Positions 8,816 through 18,192 of a stretch of DNA of 64,000 nt are shown one piece after another; position 1 is the stretch's first letter, and every line of letters begins with the position of its first letter. The notes beneath the pieces are model-generated. The model was given only the letters and a program-made list of their open reading frames with translations. It made no database searches and was not told where the DNA came from. This DNA is from Clostridia bacterium (GTDB lineage: Bacteria > Bacillota > Clostridia > Christensenellales > DTU072). The position numbers and the translations under genes are program-made. The stretch spans positions 47,218-111,217 of the forward strand of contig DAOSYK010000001.1 in assembly GCA_035381305.1 (NCBI GenBank). The letters are read 5' to 3'.

Positions 8816-10495
8816 ATGTTTGACAAAAAAGCGACATCCATAGTCGTAAGCGTGGTTTCCGCGCTGAATTTGCTCCTTTTCCTTTCCATGCGGAGTATGC
8901 TCGGGTTTGTCGGGTACGCACTGCATTTTGCTGCGGCTCCTTACATAATGGGCGTAATACTCGCCGCGATGGTTGTGCTGAGCTTTTTCGAACTGCTGGA
9001 AAAGCACAACAAAAAGCTGTTAATTGCGCTGTTTGTGCTTGACTGTGTTTTCCTCATTTTCGACATCGCGTTTTTCGTAGGGTGCAGGGAAAACTATAAG
9101 ATGTTCCTTGTCGAAATGGCAAAACTTATCCTTGTCTACGCGGCGATAGCATTGATAGTCTACCTTATTTTTTACTTTCCCAAATCGAAAATTTATACAA
9201 AGACCGTGGCGACGATAGTCTGCTCCGTTCTGGTGGCGGGTATAGTTTTCGGCTTTACCGATGTAGGCAATCTCAAAATCAACTTCATTACGACAGGCGC
9301 GGCTGTTTATGCCGTGGAAGACGAATATCAGATAGTCTGGACAACCCGCGCAAAGGCCACCGCCTGGGTGGAAGTCGGCGGCGAAAAGTACTATGACGAA
9401 ATCGCGGGGAGCTTAAAGAGTACCGAAACAGTACATAAGGTAACTGTGCCCCAGAGCGCGCTCGACAGAGCCAAAGAGTACACAATATATTCCAAGACTA
9501 TGATAAATGAGGAAGCTTTTTCGGCACTTCTCGGACGCACTTTTAAAAAGACTTATACTTTCCGTCCCGTTGACGAAAGCGACGGAATACAGTATTACGC
9601 CGTGAGCGATCTCCACGGCAACAACAGCAAGGCTTACGCCGTCACGTCCTATTTCGGACAAGCGACAGACTTTATAGTCATCGCGGGCGACGCCGTTTCC
9701 TATGTTTACGGAAAGCCCGAACTTGAGAGGCTATTAAAACTTGCCCACGGCGTTTCGGGCGGCAATATCCCCGTCATTTACGCAAGAGGCAATCACGAAC
9801 TTAAAGGCGAGGGCGCCGAAATCCTCTATAAATACGTGGGCGCAAACGCGCAGAACGAATATTATTATTCATTCCGCTTAGGCAGCATATGGGGCGTTGT
9901 GCTCGATATGGGCGAGGATCACGATGACGACTGGAAGGAGTTTTTCGGCACCGCCAATTTTAAACCTTACCGGGCGGCTCAATTAAATTTCCTCGATGAG
10001 CTTATTGCCGACAAAAACAACACCTACGACGCGCCCGACGTTAGGCACAGGATAGCCATTAGTCACGCGCCCGTCGCTTTTGTGGGCGGAACCGAGTTTT
10101 TCATGTTCGACGAGCTGATTGACTTCAACACCCGCCTCAACCAGATGAACCTCGATGTAATGATAAACGGACACCTGCACGAAGTTTTCCTCGCGCCCAA
10201 AGGCACTGTCGCGGGAGAAGCTATGATTGCCCTTTCCGAATACACGCCCACCGAGAGGAAGTTCTATTCCACAGGCGCGATGTATGACACCATAGTCTGC
10301 GCCAGAAGGAGCAACGCCCAGAGCCGCAAAGTAAAAGAACACCCCTTGGGCAAAACCTACACGGGCACGGCGTTTTGGTACAAGACCGACACAAACTCCC
10401 TTGAAGTGCGCTTTACCACCGACAAAAAGAAGGTCATCAGCACAATTAATCCATTCACAGGCGAAAGCTACGGAAATACGATATATCTTTATTAA
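8816..10495 (+). CDS. Membrane-anchored metallophosphoesterase (calcineurin-like)
   Basis: About five N-terminal TM helices. Then a purple-acid-phosphatase-like N-domain. Then motifs VSDLHGN, IAGDAV, RGNHE and NGHLHE. Confidence 0.7.
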   Translation: MFDKKATSIVVSVVSALNLLLFLSMRSMLGFVGYALHFAAAPYIMGVILAAMVVLSFFELLEKHNKKLLIALFVLDCVFLIFDIAFFVGCRENYKMFLVEMAKLILVYAAIALIVYLIFYFPKSKIYTKTVATIVCSVLVAGIVFGFTDVGNLKINFITTGAAVYAVEDEYQIVWTTRAKATAWVEVGGEKYYDEIAGSLKSTETVHKVTVPQSALDRAKEYTIYSKTMINEEAFSALLGRTFKKTYTFRPVDESDGIQYYAVSDLHGNNSKAYAVTSYFGQATDFIVIAGDAVSYVYGKPELERLLKLAHGVSGGNIPVIYARGNHELKGEGAEILYKYVGANAQNEYYYSFRLGSIWGVVLDMGEDHDDDWKEFFGTANFKPYRAAQLNFLDELIADKNNTYDAPDVRHRIAISHAPVAFVGGTEFFMFDELIDFNTRLNQMNLDVMINGHLHEVFLAPKGTVAGEAMIALSEYTPTERKFYSTGAMYDTIVCARRSNAQSRKVKEHPLGKTYTGTAFWYKTDTNSLEVRFTTDKKKVISTINPFTGESYGNTIYLY

Positions 10496-10522
10496 AGAAC
10501 AGGAAACAAGACCAACTTAAAA

Positions 10523-10553
10523 AAAGAAGGAGTATTTTGCTCCTTCTTTTTGT
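10523..10553. terminator. Bidirectional rho-independent terminator between convergent genes
   Basis: AAGAAGGAG (10524-10532) / CTCCTTCTT (10540-10548). A-run on the left and T-run on the right. Confidence 0.8.
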
Positions 10554-11999
10554 TTATTCCTCTTCCTCTTCTTCGGGCGGCTCTTCGAAATAGTCTACCG
10601 CGATTGTGTTATTGAAGCGGTTTTTCATATTGGGAGTGCGATTTCGCATCCTGTGGGGCAGGGTGAGCTGAGTTATCGCGGTGGAGATAAAGGTGTTTGC
10701 GGTAAGTCCGACAAGTGAGCTCATCTTAGTGAAGGAAACCGAAGCAAGACTTTCACAGCCTGCGAACGCCTCATCCTTGATTTCTCTTACGCTGTCCGGT
10801 ATGGAAATGCTCGTAAGGCTTGAGCAGTTTTCAAAGGTATTCGGGTGGAGCGTGTCGATTGTATTGGGCAAATTTACCTCAATAAGCGAGGCGCACCCGC
10901 TGAACGCGCCGGGGCGTAGAGCGATTATCGTATCAGGGATAATTACCGTTTGAATTTCGGTATGACCGCTGAAGCCGTTTTCATCGATGACTTTAACCGG
11001 CTTGTTGTCGTAGCCGTTGGGAATGACCAAGTCGGCGGGTAGGACAATGTCGGGGTAGGAATTGACGCTTATCTCGTAATACTCGTATCCATACTGATTG
11101 TCGGACTTGAGCACAAATTCAAAGTACGAGTGGGGCGTAGGACTGTTGTCCTCAAGCCACTTTGCGTACAGCGTGCGTGTAGAGGGCATTGTCGGATTTA
11201 TCCACGAGAATGCGCTCTTATACTCGGGGTCGTTGTACCAGCCTAAGAAATAATACCCCGTCCTTGTAGGATCGACGGGTCGTGTGACCGAACTGTTAAA
11301 GGGCTGGGTTATGGAAGTGACTTCGGTGCCGCCTTTTGAGTCAAAGGTCAGAGTGCAGATTGCGGGCAGCTTTCTGAAGTCGTAATGGGCGTAAATCGTC
11401 AGGGTCTTTGTGATATTGTTCAGGTGCTCTTGCGTTAAGGGCGTTTCCTCGCCGAGAGAATTTCTTATCACCCAATATTTATCGTCTATAGAATATATGT
11501 AACCTTCCTCGACGGGATTTGCGTCGGGAATTTCGGGCAGGTCGCCTATATTATAGGTCTGGCCGTATGTAAGGTTAATTACCCTGTGGTCAAGGACGTT
11601 GTCGAGAACGATGAGCTTAAGAATGAGTTTCGGGTCGGTCTTTACGGTGGTTATTGTAAAACTCTTGCTCTTTGTCTCCTGCCTGCCGTTTATCATGGCT
11701 TTAACGTACACGGTGACGTAGTAGACATTGTCGGTCTCCGCTATGAAGGTGCGGTTGTTTTCCACTTCGATTGCGCGGTAATTGTCGTCAAAGACCTTGA
11801 CGGAAAGGGAAAGTTTGTATTGTTTTTCAAACTTTTCCAGATCTTTAATGGAATAATCGAGGGTGTACTCGCCGTCTTCCACGTTTTCCACGCTTTCGGC
11901 GATAATTGTGAGGTCGTCAAAATCGACCTTGGAGCATGCCGTAAGTCCGAGGACGAGAACAATTACTATTAAGATAAACAAAACAATTTTGTTTCTCAT
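10554..11999 (-). CDS. Surface lipoprotein with Listeria-Bacteroides (Flg_new) repeat and BspA-type leucine-rich repeats
   Basis: Lipobox LVLGLTAC-S. Flg_new repeat TLTFDSKGGTEV...TGYYFLGWYNDPEYKSAF...TLYAKW. LRR_5 units FSGCASLIEVNLPNTIDTLHPNTFENCSSLTSISIPDSVREIKDEAFAGCESLASVSF. Poly-Glu C-terminus (PPEEEEEE). Confidence 0.75.
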   Translation of the reverse strand: MRNKIVLFILIVIVLVLGLTACSKVDFDDLTIIAESVENVEDGEYTLDYSIKDLEKFEKQYKLSLSVKVFDDNYRAIEVENNRTFIAETDNVYYVTVYVKAMINGRQETKSKSFTITTVKTDPKLILKLIVLDNVLDHRVINLTYGQTYNIGDLPEIPDANPVEEGYIYSIDDKYWVIRNSLGEETPLTQEHLNNITKTLTIYAHYDFRKLPAICTLTFDSKGGTEVTSITQPFNSSVTRPVDPTRTGYYFLGWYNDPEYKSAFSWINPTMPSTRTLYAKWLEDNSPTPHSYFEFVLKSDNQYGYEYYEISVNSYPDIVLPADLVIPNGYDNKPVKVIDENGFSGHTEIQTVIIPDTIIALRPGAFSGCASLIEVNLPNTIDTLHPNTFENCSSLTSISIPDSVREIKDEAFAGCESLASVSFTKMSSLVGLTANTFISTAITQLTLPHRMRNRTPNMKNRFNNTIAVDYFEEPPEEEEEE

Positions 12000-12010
12000 A
12001 CCGTGACTTT

Positions 12011-12039
12011 ATTATACCGTAATCAAGTCTGTCCGTAAA
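12011..12039 (-). promoter_or_regulatory. Sigma-A type promoter for the 10554-11999 lipoprotein gene (very short leader)
   Basis: On the minus strand: TTTACG (12039-12034), 17-nt spacer, TATAAT (12016-12011). The ATG at 11999 is only 11 nt from the -10. No SD. Confidence 0.45.
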
Positions 12040-12136
12040 CCCTTTTTTGGGCGGCGGATAAAGAAAATGATGTAAATAATTGCTTTTTCAGCCGCTTTTG
12101 TGGACTTAAGCGGGATTGCCTCGGAGCAAAAGAGAA

Positions 12137-12165
12137 TTGACTTATGCCTTATCCTAATATATAAT
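12137..12165 (+). promoter_or_regulatory. Sigma-A type promoter for M20 peptidase / transglutaminase-like genes
   Basis: TTGACT (12137-12142), 17-nt spacer, TATAAT (12160-12165). Confidence 0.55.
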
Positions 12166-12199
12166 TAAATAATACAAGAAGGTTTTTGGAGGGTTAGTA

Positions 12200-13660
12200 A
12201 TGTTGACGGCCGGGGAAATAGTGCTAATATGCGTATTCGGAGCTTTGGCGGCTCTCATTATTTTTATGATAATACGCACCGCTCTTACAAAAAAAGAGGT
12301 AATAGAGGCCGAGGCCTTTACGCCGCCCCAGCTTGACACCGAAGCGATAACGAAACACTTGAGCGAAGCGGTGAAAATCCCCACGATTACGGTAATATCA
12401 CCATCCCAGAGTTTCGAACCTTTTGTCGAGTACAAAAAATTTCTTGAAGAAACCTATCCCAATATATTCAAAAACGCCGAAGTAACCGTCATTAACGGCT
12501 ATAGCCTGGTAATAAAGCTGGAGGGCGAGGACAAGACCCTTTTGCCTTTTGCGTTTCTTGCCCACCAGGACGTCGTTCCCGCGCCCAAAGAGGGTTGGGA
12601 GCATGAGCCGTTCGGCGGAGAGATCGAGGGCGGGTTTGTCCACGGCAGAGGAAGCCAGGACATGAAAGGGCAGATGATAGCCAATCTCGAGGCAATGGAG
12701 AGTATCTTATCTCAAGGTAAGAAATTACGCCGCACAGTCTATTTCTGTTTTGGTCACGACGAGGAATATACCGGAAAAGACGGCGCGAGAAACATCGTCA
12801 ACTATTTGTATGAAAACAACATAAGGTTCGAATGCGTTTTCGACGAGGGCGGCACCGTTCTCGACGGAAAGATGTTCGGACTAAACGGCAAACTCGCCCT
12901 TATAGGAACCTGTGAAAAAGGCTACGTGGACTACACGCTCGCGTCGAGCATTCCCGGCGGACACGCCTCGGCTCCCGCAAAGAAGAGCGCGGTAGACACC
13001 CTTGCAGAGGCTATATATCTACTTAGAAGCGTACCCATGAAGGCATATTGGTCACAGCCCGCCAAGGACATGTTTAAGAGCATTGCGCCCCATATGAAGC
13101 CGCTGTTTAAGTTTGTGTTCGTAAACAGGGATATATTAAGCCCGCTTCTGAAGCTGTTGCTGGTGATAATTCATCCCATCGGAAACAGCTTTTTACGCAC
13201 GACGTTTGCCTTCACCCAGATTGAGGGGAGCAACGCGCCCAACGTGATACCCCCGTCTGCAAAGGCCGTGGTAAACTGCCGCATAAACATCGGACAGACA
13301 CAAGCCGACGTGGAAAAGCATATGAGAAAGGTAGTGGGCAAGAACATCGAGATAGGAAAGCTCACCGACGGATACGACCCGTCGCCCGTCAGCGACATAA
13401 CGAGCGAACCGTATAAACTCATTAAGAAGACAATTACCGAGGTCTTCCCCGACTTTATACCCGCGCCCTATCCCTTTATCGCGGCGACCGACGCCAAACA
13501 TTATTATAAGGTATGCGACAACGTGTTCCGATTTACGCCCTTTGAGGTTACGGCGGAAGACCAGTCGAGGATACACGCGCTTAACGAAAGATGCAGCATA
13601 AAGAGCCTGATTACGGCGACGCAATTCTTTGTGAGGCTGATAGAAAATACTTGCTTATAG
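12200..13660 (+). CDS. M20-family metallopeptidase (carboxypeptidase-like) with N-terminal TM anchor
   Basis: N-terminal TM helix. LAHQDVVP...GRGSQDMKG and FGHDEE motifs of M20/M25/M40 hydrolases. 486 aa. Confidence 0.8.
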   Translation: MLTAGEIVLICVFGALAALIIFMIIRTALTKKEVIEAEAFTPPQLDTEAITKHLSEAVKIPTITVISPSQSFEPFVEYKKFLEETYPNIFKNAEVTVINGYSLVIKLEGEDKTLLPFAFLAHQDVVPAPKEGWEHEPFGGEIEGGFVHGRGSQDMKGQMIANLEAMESILSQGKKLRRTVYFCFGHDEEYTGKDGARNIVNYLYENNIRFECVFDEGGTVLDGKMFGLNGKLALIGTCEKGYVDYTLASSIPGGHASAPAKKSAVDTLAEAIYLLRSVPMKAYWSQPAKDMFKSIAPHMKPLFKFVFVNRDILSPLLKLLLVIIHPIGNSFLRTTFAFTQIEGSNAPNVIPPSAKAVVNCRINIGQTQADVEKHMRKVVGKNIEIGKLTDGYDPSPVSDITSEPYKLIKKTITEVFPDFIPAPYPFIAATDAKHYYKVCDNVFRFTPFEVTAEDQSRIHALNERCSIKSLITATQFFVRLIENTCL

Positions 13661-13667
13661 AGGTAAA

Positions 13668-15218
13668 ATGAAAGGAAAAGGAACGGCATTTAAGAGGATT
13701 GGACTGATTGTATTATCGACAGTCCTCGCTTTGTCTTTAGGGGCTTGTACGCTCCTTTATAACCTTGCCGGTCTTATCATTAACAGCGCCACCGACACCC
13801 TTTACAACTTCATCGCAAGTTACTTTGACACTTCCGAGCCCGACAACGCCGTCTACGGCTCTCGAAACTATCTCGCCGTGGGCTTCGACAACGGTAATAT
13901 GGTGGCTTTTTGGGACGATTACGGCGATTATACCTACCGTCTCGATGTGGAAAAGGGCGGAAATAAGGCGTCTTACGAAACCGCCGAGGATTGCAGTCTG
14001 GATCTGGTAACTTACGGTTATTCCTATGCCGACGACCTCAATCTTTCCCTTTACGGAACAAGCGGAGAAAATGAGAGCGGACTGCTTGCGACATACTCTT
14101 ATACAGGACTTTCAAGCGGTCAGTACAACGCTTACACCCAAAATGTTGCGGGGGGCTGGGACGACCTCGACAGGTATATAGCGACAAGGTACGAACTTTT
14201 TGAGATATTCAACTACATCATTCTTTTCCAGCCCGACAAGAGCGTGGAGACAAAGGACGGACAGACTTTTTACCGCTCCGAGATAACGCTGTTTCTCGCG
14301 TATGACTATCTCTCCATTTATCCCCAAGGGACCAATATCCGCGACGCCTATACCACCGAAATATCTTCGGCAATAAGTGCGTTTGACGACAGCGCAGGGT
14401 ACAATTACAGCCACTACCTTGAGGACAACAACAAGGAGTGCACGATTTACTTAAGGTTCAGTTACGAAAGCTATCCCGTTTACACCACGGATACGGCAAA
14501 GAACTACGGTCGAAGCAATTTCGGCCTGGACGCCGAGTCTCCCCACTATTATCTCGGACCTATAAGGGAGAGGAATTTTGCAATAGACCATGTGCAAAAG
14601 ACAGTCAGCGTAAAGACCACAGACCAATTGTATTTTGCGCTCAAGCGCGGCTACCGGCCGGTGTGCGAAACGGGCAGCAACGCCGAGTTTATTTATAACT
14701 ATATGCGCGTAATTCTGTCGCGGATAAATTCCGACATAACGCCGGACGACGTCAAGGTGCACTATATCTACGACTATATAGTAGATACCGTCCTGTACGA
14801 CTACGAATTCACCGACAGGGTGCTCAAGAACAGGCAGAACGACGACTCCGAATTTTTTCTCTACAAGTGTCTGTACATGGAAGGCGTTTTCGGTTTTACC
14901 AACGACAAGAAATTTGACAATGAGCAGTGCGTGGCTATCTGCGACGGCATAGCGAAAGCCGTCCTGTGCATGTGCGTAATCGAGGGAATACCGACAATAA
15001 AGGTGTCGGGAGCAAGCGGCGGAGTGGCTCACGCGTGGAACAAGGTATACCTGGAAGGCTCGTGGTATCTGGTGGACGCAACCTGGGGCAATGTCAGAAA
15101 GGACAACGGCCGCACCGAAATATTGACCCACGACTATCTTCTTGCCGCCGACGACGCCAACCACATCGAGGACAAGTGGATAAGCTATCCCAGGGCGACA
15201 CAGTCCTATTACAGATAA
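13668..15218 (+). CDS. Lipoprotein with C-terminal transglutaminase-like cysteine-protease core
   Basis: Lipobox LALSLGAC-T. C-terminal VAICDGIAKAV...GGVAHAWNKVYLEGSWYLVDATWGN matches the Cys-His-Asp transglutaminase-core pattern. Confidence 0.7.
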   Translation: MKGKGTAFKRIGLIVLSTVLALSLGACTLLYNLAGLIINSATDTLYNFIASYFDTSEPDNAVYGSRNYLAVGFDNGNMVAFWDDYGDYTYRLDVEKGGNKASYETAEDCSLDLVTYGYSYADDLNLSLYGTSGENESGLLATYSYTGLSSGQYNAYTQNVAGGWDDLDRYIATRYELFEIFNYIILFQPDKSVETKDGQTFYRSEITLFLAYDYLSIYPQGTNIRDAYTTEISSAISAFDDSAGYNYSHYLEDNNKECTIYLRFSYESYPVYTTDTAKNYGRSNFGLDAESPHYYLGPIRERNFAIDHVQKTVSVKTTDQLYFALKRGYRPVCETGSNAEFIYNYMRVILSRINSDITPDDVKVHYIYDYIVDTVLYDYEFTDRVLKNRQNDDSEFFLYKCLYMEGVFGFTNDKKFDNEQCVAICDGIAKAVLCMCVIEGIPTIKVSGASGGVAHAWNKVYLEGSWYLVDATWGNVRKDNGRTEILTHDYLLAADDANHIEDKWISYPRATQSYYR

Positions 15219-15271
15219 GTTTTTAACATAAATTTACTGATTTTCCCGCATTTTGGGACTTTAACGGGACT

Positions 15272-15309
15272 GCCGTTACCTTGACAACGGCGCCCTTTTA
15301 CCTTATACT
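15272..15309 (+). promoter_or_regulatory. Weak hairpin overlapping a sigma-A type promoter for the 15341 lipoprotein gene
   Basis: Stem GCCGTT (15272-15277) / AACGGC (15286-15291). The loop carries TTGACA (15281-15286). 17-nt spacer, then TATACT (15304-15309). Confidence 0.45.
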
Positions 15310-15340
15310 TTATATGTAAAACATTATTAGAGGTAATACA

Positions 15341-16711
15341 TTGAAAAAAACAAAGGTAATTACGGCACTATTGCTGATAATTGTGCTCGCGGCGTCCCTT
15401 GCCGCCTGCAGTGACAGGACAAAACAACTTGGTCCGGTCACCATTACCTTTGTCACAAATGTGGAAAATATAACTATCGAGCCTATTGTCCTTGACGGCA
15501 AGAGCGATCAGTATATGCCCGACGATCCTGTAAGGGCGGGGTTTATTTTTGTGGGGTGGTTTTATGACGAGGCGCTTACAAGGCGTTTTAACGTCGAAGA
15601 CGGCATCACCACCGACATAACCCTTTACGCCAAATGGCAGAGGCAGTCTTCTCTCGAGCCGCCCGACGATCCCATCCTCGTGGAGAGCGGCGGTTTTTCT
15701 TACGAGCAGGTCGACAATAACTATTACATAGTCGGCTACCACGGCACAAATAAGGACATAACCATTCCCGCTACATATAATTTACGCAACGTTATCGGCA
15801 TAAAGCCCTACGCTTTCCGCAACAATTCAACTATCGAAACGGTAACTATAAGCAGCGTCCTTCAGACCATAGCAGAGGGCGTTTTTGAAAATTGCGTAAA
15901 TCTGAGGAGCTTTACCGTTGCGGGCAGCGACTATTTCGAAAGCGAAAACGGCATTCTGATGAACCGCGACAAGGATTCCATTCTGCAGGTAGGCATGGCG
16001 GCGCCCAATTCGGCGTTTGTCATACCCAAAAAAGTAGACAAAATCCGCGAAGGCGCGTTTTTCGGCTGCACGTTTTCCATTACTTTTGAGCAGGGCTCTG
16101 CTTATACAGCTATCGACAGAAACGATTTTTACGGTTTTAAGGGCGCACTGACAATCGGCAGCAATATCACCGCAATCAATCAATACGGTCTTAACAATTT
16201 CCAGGGGACGCTTATCTTTGCCGCAAACGCGGGCATTGCCGAACTGGGTCTCGGCTCGTTTGACGGTTATAAAGGCGCAAAGGTTACGCTCCCCGCGTCC
16301 GTTACAAAAATCGGAGAGCATGCTTTCAGCAACTGCCAGAGCGAAGTAGATATTTCGGCTGCCAACATAGACAAAATAGGGAAATACGCTTTTTCAAACT
16401 ACAAGGGGTCAAAAATAGTAATACCTTCGCACATCACCGCGCTTGAGGAAGGCGCGTTCCATACCAGCTCCGCGAAAGTGATTTTTGCCCAAGGCTGTAC
16501 AATAGCTACCGTGCCGTATCTTGCTTTCGGACGTTTCCTCGGGGAAGTCTATTTTCCACAAAGCTTTACAAGTGTTGCGGCGGAGGCGTTCTGGTCACTT
16601 CAGGGCGGTGCGAAAGTAGAATTTGCCAATACCGAGGCAAACATGACCATAGCCCAGACCGCTTTCGATTCTTCCCGTGACGGGAAGGTATTTTTCGGCG
16701 TATCACGATAA
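15341..16711 (+). CDS. Surface lipoprotein with Flg_new repeat and BspA-type leucine-rich repeats
   Basis: TTG start with SD AGAGG. Lipobox LAASLAAC-S. Flg_new repeat VTITFVTN...AGFIFVGWFYDEALTRRF...ITLYAKW. Repeated xAFxNCxxL/IGxxAF LRR_5 units. Confidence 0.75.
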   Translation: MKKTKVITALLLIIVLAASLAACSDRTKQLGPVTITFVTNVENITIEPIVLDGKSDQYMPDDPVRAGFIFVGWFYDEALTRRFNVEDGITTDITLYAKWQRQSSLEPPDDPILVESGGFSYEQVDNNYYIVGYHGTNKDITIPATYNLRNVIGIKPYAFRNNSTIETVTISSVLQTIAEGVFENCVNLRSFTVAGSDYFESENGILMNRDKDSILQVGMAAPNSAFVIPKKVDKIREGAFFGCTFSITFEQGSAYTAIDRNDFYGFKGALTIGSNITAINQYGLNNFQGTLIFAANAGIAELGLGSFDGYKGAKVTLPASVTKIGEHAFSNCQSEVDISAANIDKIGKYAFSNYKGSKIVIPSHITALEEGAFHTSSAKVIFAQGCTIATVPYLAFGRFLGEVYFPQSFTSVAAEAFWSLQGGAKVEFANTEANMTIAQTAFDSSRDGKVFFGVSR

Positions 16712-16817
16712 AACCGATTTTTGTTTGCCGCGTTTATCTTACTTGACATAAGGTATATTTCGGCCGATAAAATGTAAAAATTTTTGTGATATTCACGTAA
16801 AAAGCGTTATTAATCGA

Positions 16818-16846
16818 TTGACAAGCAAAATTGTTATTGCTATACT
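16818..16846 (+). promoter_or_regulatory. Sigma-A type promoter of the L7Ae-rpsL-rpsG-fusA-tuf operon
   Basis: TTGACA (16818-16823), 17-nt spacer, TATACT (16841-16846). Confidence 0.6.
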
Positions 16847-16897
16847 TATAAAGCTTGCGTAGTATGCTCGTTTTAAGTGCATTGACGGAGTAAAAGA

Positions 16898-17155
16898 ATG
16901 GATACAAAAACACAACTATCCCGTAACAACCTGCTCGCAGGTTATCGTCAGGTGGTAAGAGGATTGACGGGCGGTCGCTTAAAGTATGTGGTGATTGCGA
17001 GTGACACCGACAGCGGGATGAAAGAAGAGCTTATCGCTCTTTGCCGTGACAAAAACGTGCCCTGTCGCATGGGAGACACTCGAGCCGAAACAGGCAAAAT
17101 GCTGGGTCTCGACGTGGCGTGCGCGGTATACGGCGAAACCGAAGATAATAACTGA
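16898..17155 (+). CDS. Ribosomal L7Ae/L30e/S12e/Gadd45-family protein (YbxF/RplGB-like)
   Basis: 85 aa. LAGYRQVVRGLTGGRLKYVVIASD...LGLDVACAV pattern. Conserved position directly upstream of rpsL, as in Bacillus ybxF. Confidence 0.75.
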   Translation: MDTKTQLSRNNLLAGYRQVVRGLTGGRLKYVVIASDTDSGMKEELIALCRDKNVPCRMGDTRAETGKMLGLDVACAVYGETEDNN

Positions 17156-17211
17156 GTATCCCGAAAAAAGAAAACTATGGGAACTCATCCTGATAAAGAA
17201 GGAGGAACTAA

Positions 17212-17583
17212 ATGCCAACAATTAACCAACTGATAAGGCAGGGCAGAGAACGTCAGGTCAAGAAGAGCCAGTCGCCTCTTCTCGAAGGCAATCCTCAGAA
17301 GAGAGGCGTTTGCCTTTCCGTTACCACGACGACGCCCAAAAAGCCTAATTCCGCTGTAAGAAAGATTGCAAGAGTGCGTCTTGTAAACGGCCTTGAAGGT
17401 ACCGTGTACATTCCCGGTGTCGGACACAGCCTGCAGGAGCATAGTGTAGTTCTTATCAAAGGCGGCAGGGTTAAGGACCTTCCCGGCGTAAGGTATCACA
17501 TCATCCGCGGCACGTTGGATACTGCGGGCGTTGCCAAGCGCAAACAGGCCAGGTCGAAATACGGCGCCAAGAGGCCGAAATAG
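17212..17583 (+). CDS. rpsL: 30S ribosomal protein S12
   Basis: [13 protein letters not shown]...[24 protein letters not shown]...[32 protein letters not shown]. Confidence 0.98.
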   Translation: MPTINQLIRQGRERQVKKSQSPLLEGNPQKRGVCLSVTTTTPKKPNSAVRKIARVRLVNGLEGTVYIPGVGHSLQEHSVVLIKGGRVKDLPGVRYHIIRGTLDTAGVAKRKQARSKYGAKRPK

Positions 17584-17640
17584 TTCATCTGCTGTAGATG
17601 AATAACCCAGAACGAGAAATATCACAGGAGGATTATCAGT

Positions 17641-18111
17641 ATGCCCAGAAGAGGTGGAGTACCGAAGCGCGATGTGCTGCCCGATCCGATATATAATTCC
17701 AAAGTTGTGACCAAGCTTATAAACCAGGTCATGCAGAAAGGAGAGAGAGGGGTAGCCCAATCCATCGTATATTCGGCATTCGGTATTATTGAAGGAAAAT
17801 TGGGAATTAATCCCAATGACGTATTTACAAAAGCTTTAGAGAACGTTATGCCGGTTCTTGAGGTCAAGGCGAGGAGAGTAGGCGGAAGCAACTACCAGGT
17901 ACCCCTTGAGATACGTCCCGAAAGACGCCAGACCTTAGGAATCAGATGGTTGGTGCTCTATGCCAGGAAGAGAGGCGAAAAGACCATGAAGGAAAGACTC
18001 GCCGGCGAGCTTATGGACGCTTACAACAACGCAGGCGGCGCTTACAAAAAGAAAGAAGATACTCACCGCATGGCCGAAGCCAACAAAGCATACTCGCACT
18101 ACCGTTTTTAA
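17641..18111 (+). CDS. rpsG: 30S ribosomal protein S7
   Basis: [28 protein letters not shown]...[24 protein letters not shown]. Confidence 0.98.
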   Translation: MPRRGGVPKRDVLPDPIYNSKVVTKLINQVMQKGERGVAQSIVYSAFGIIEGKLGINPNDVFTKALENVMPVLEVKARRVGGSNYQVPLEIRPERRQTLGIRWLVLYARKRGEKTMKERLAGELMDAYNNAGGAYKKKEDTHRMAEANKAYSHYRF

Positions 18112-18151
18112 GTATATAATCGAAATATTTGATTATAATCATAAAAAACTT

Positions 18152-18192
18152 ACGGCATAATCCATTGAGTTTCAATAGAGTATGCCGTTTTT
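18152..18192 (+). terminator. Terminator-like/attenuator hairpin between rpsG and fusA
   Basis: ACGGCATA (18152-18159) / TATGCCGT (18181-18188). Inner stem ATTGA/TCAAT. Followed by a TTTT(T) run to 18192. Confidence 0.45.

Noticed and set aside
16853-16897. Possible K-turn autoregulatory element in the leader of the L7Ae-family gene.
   Set aside because: The leader of about 45 nt contains a UGA...GGA string. I could not draw a convincing C-stem, 3-nt bulge and tandem G-A structure, so the evidence is insufficient.
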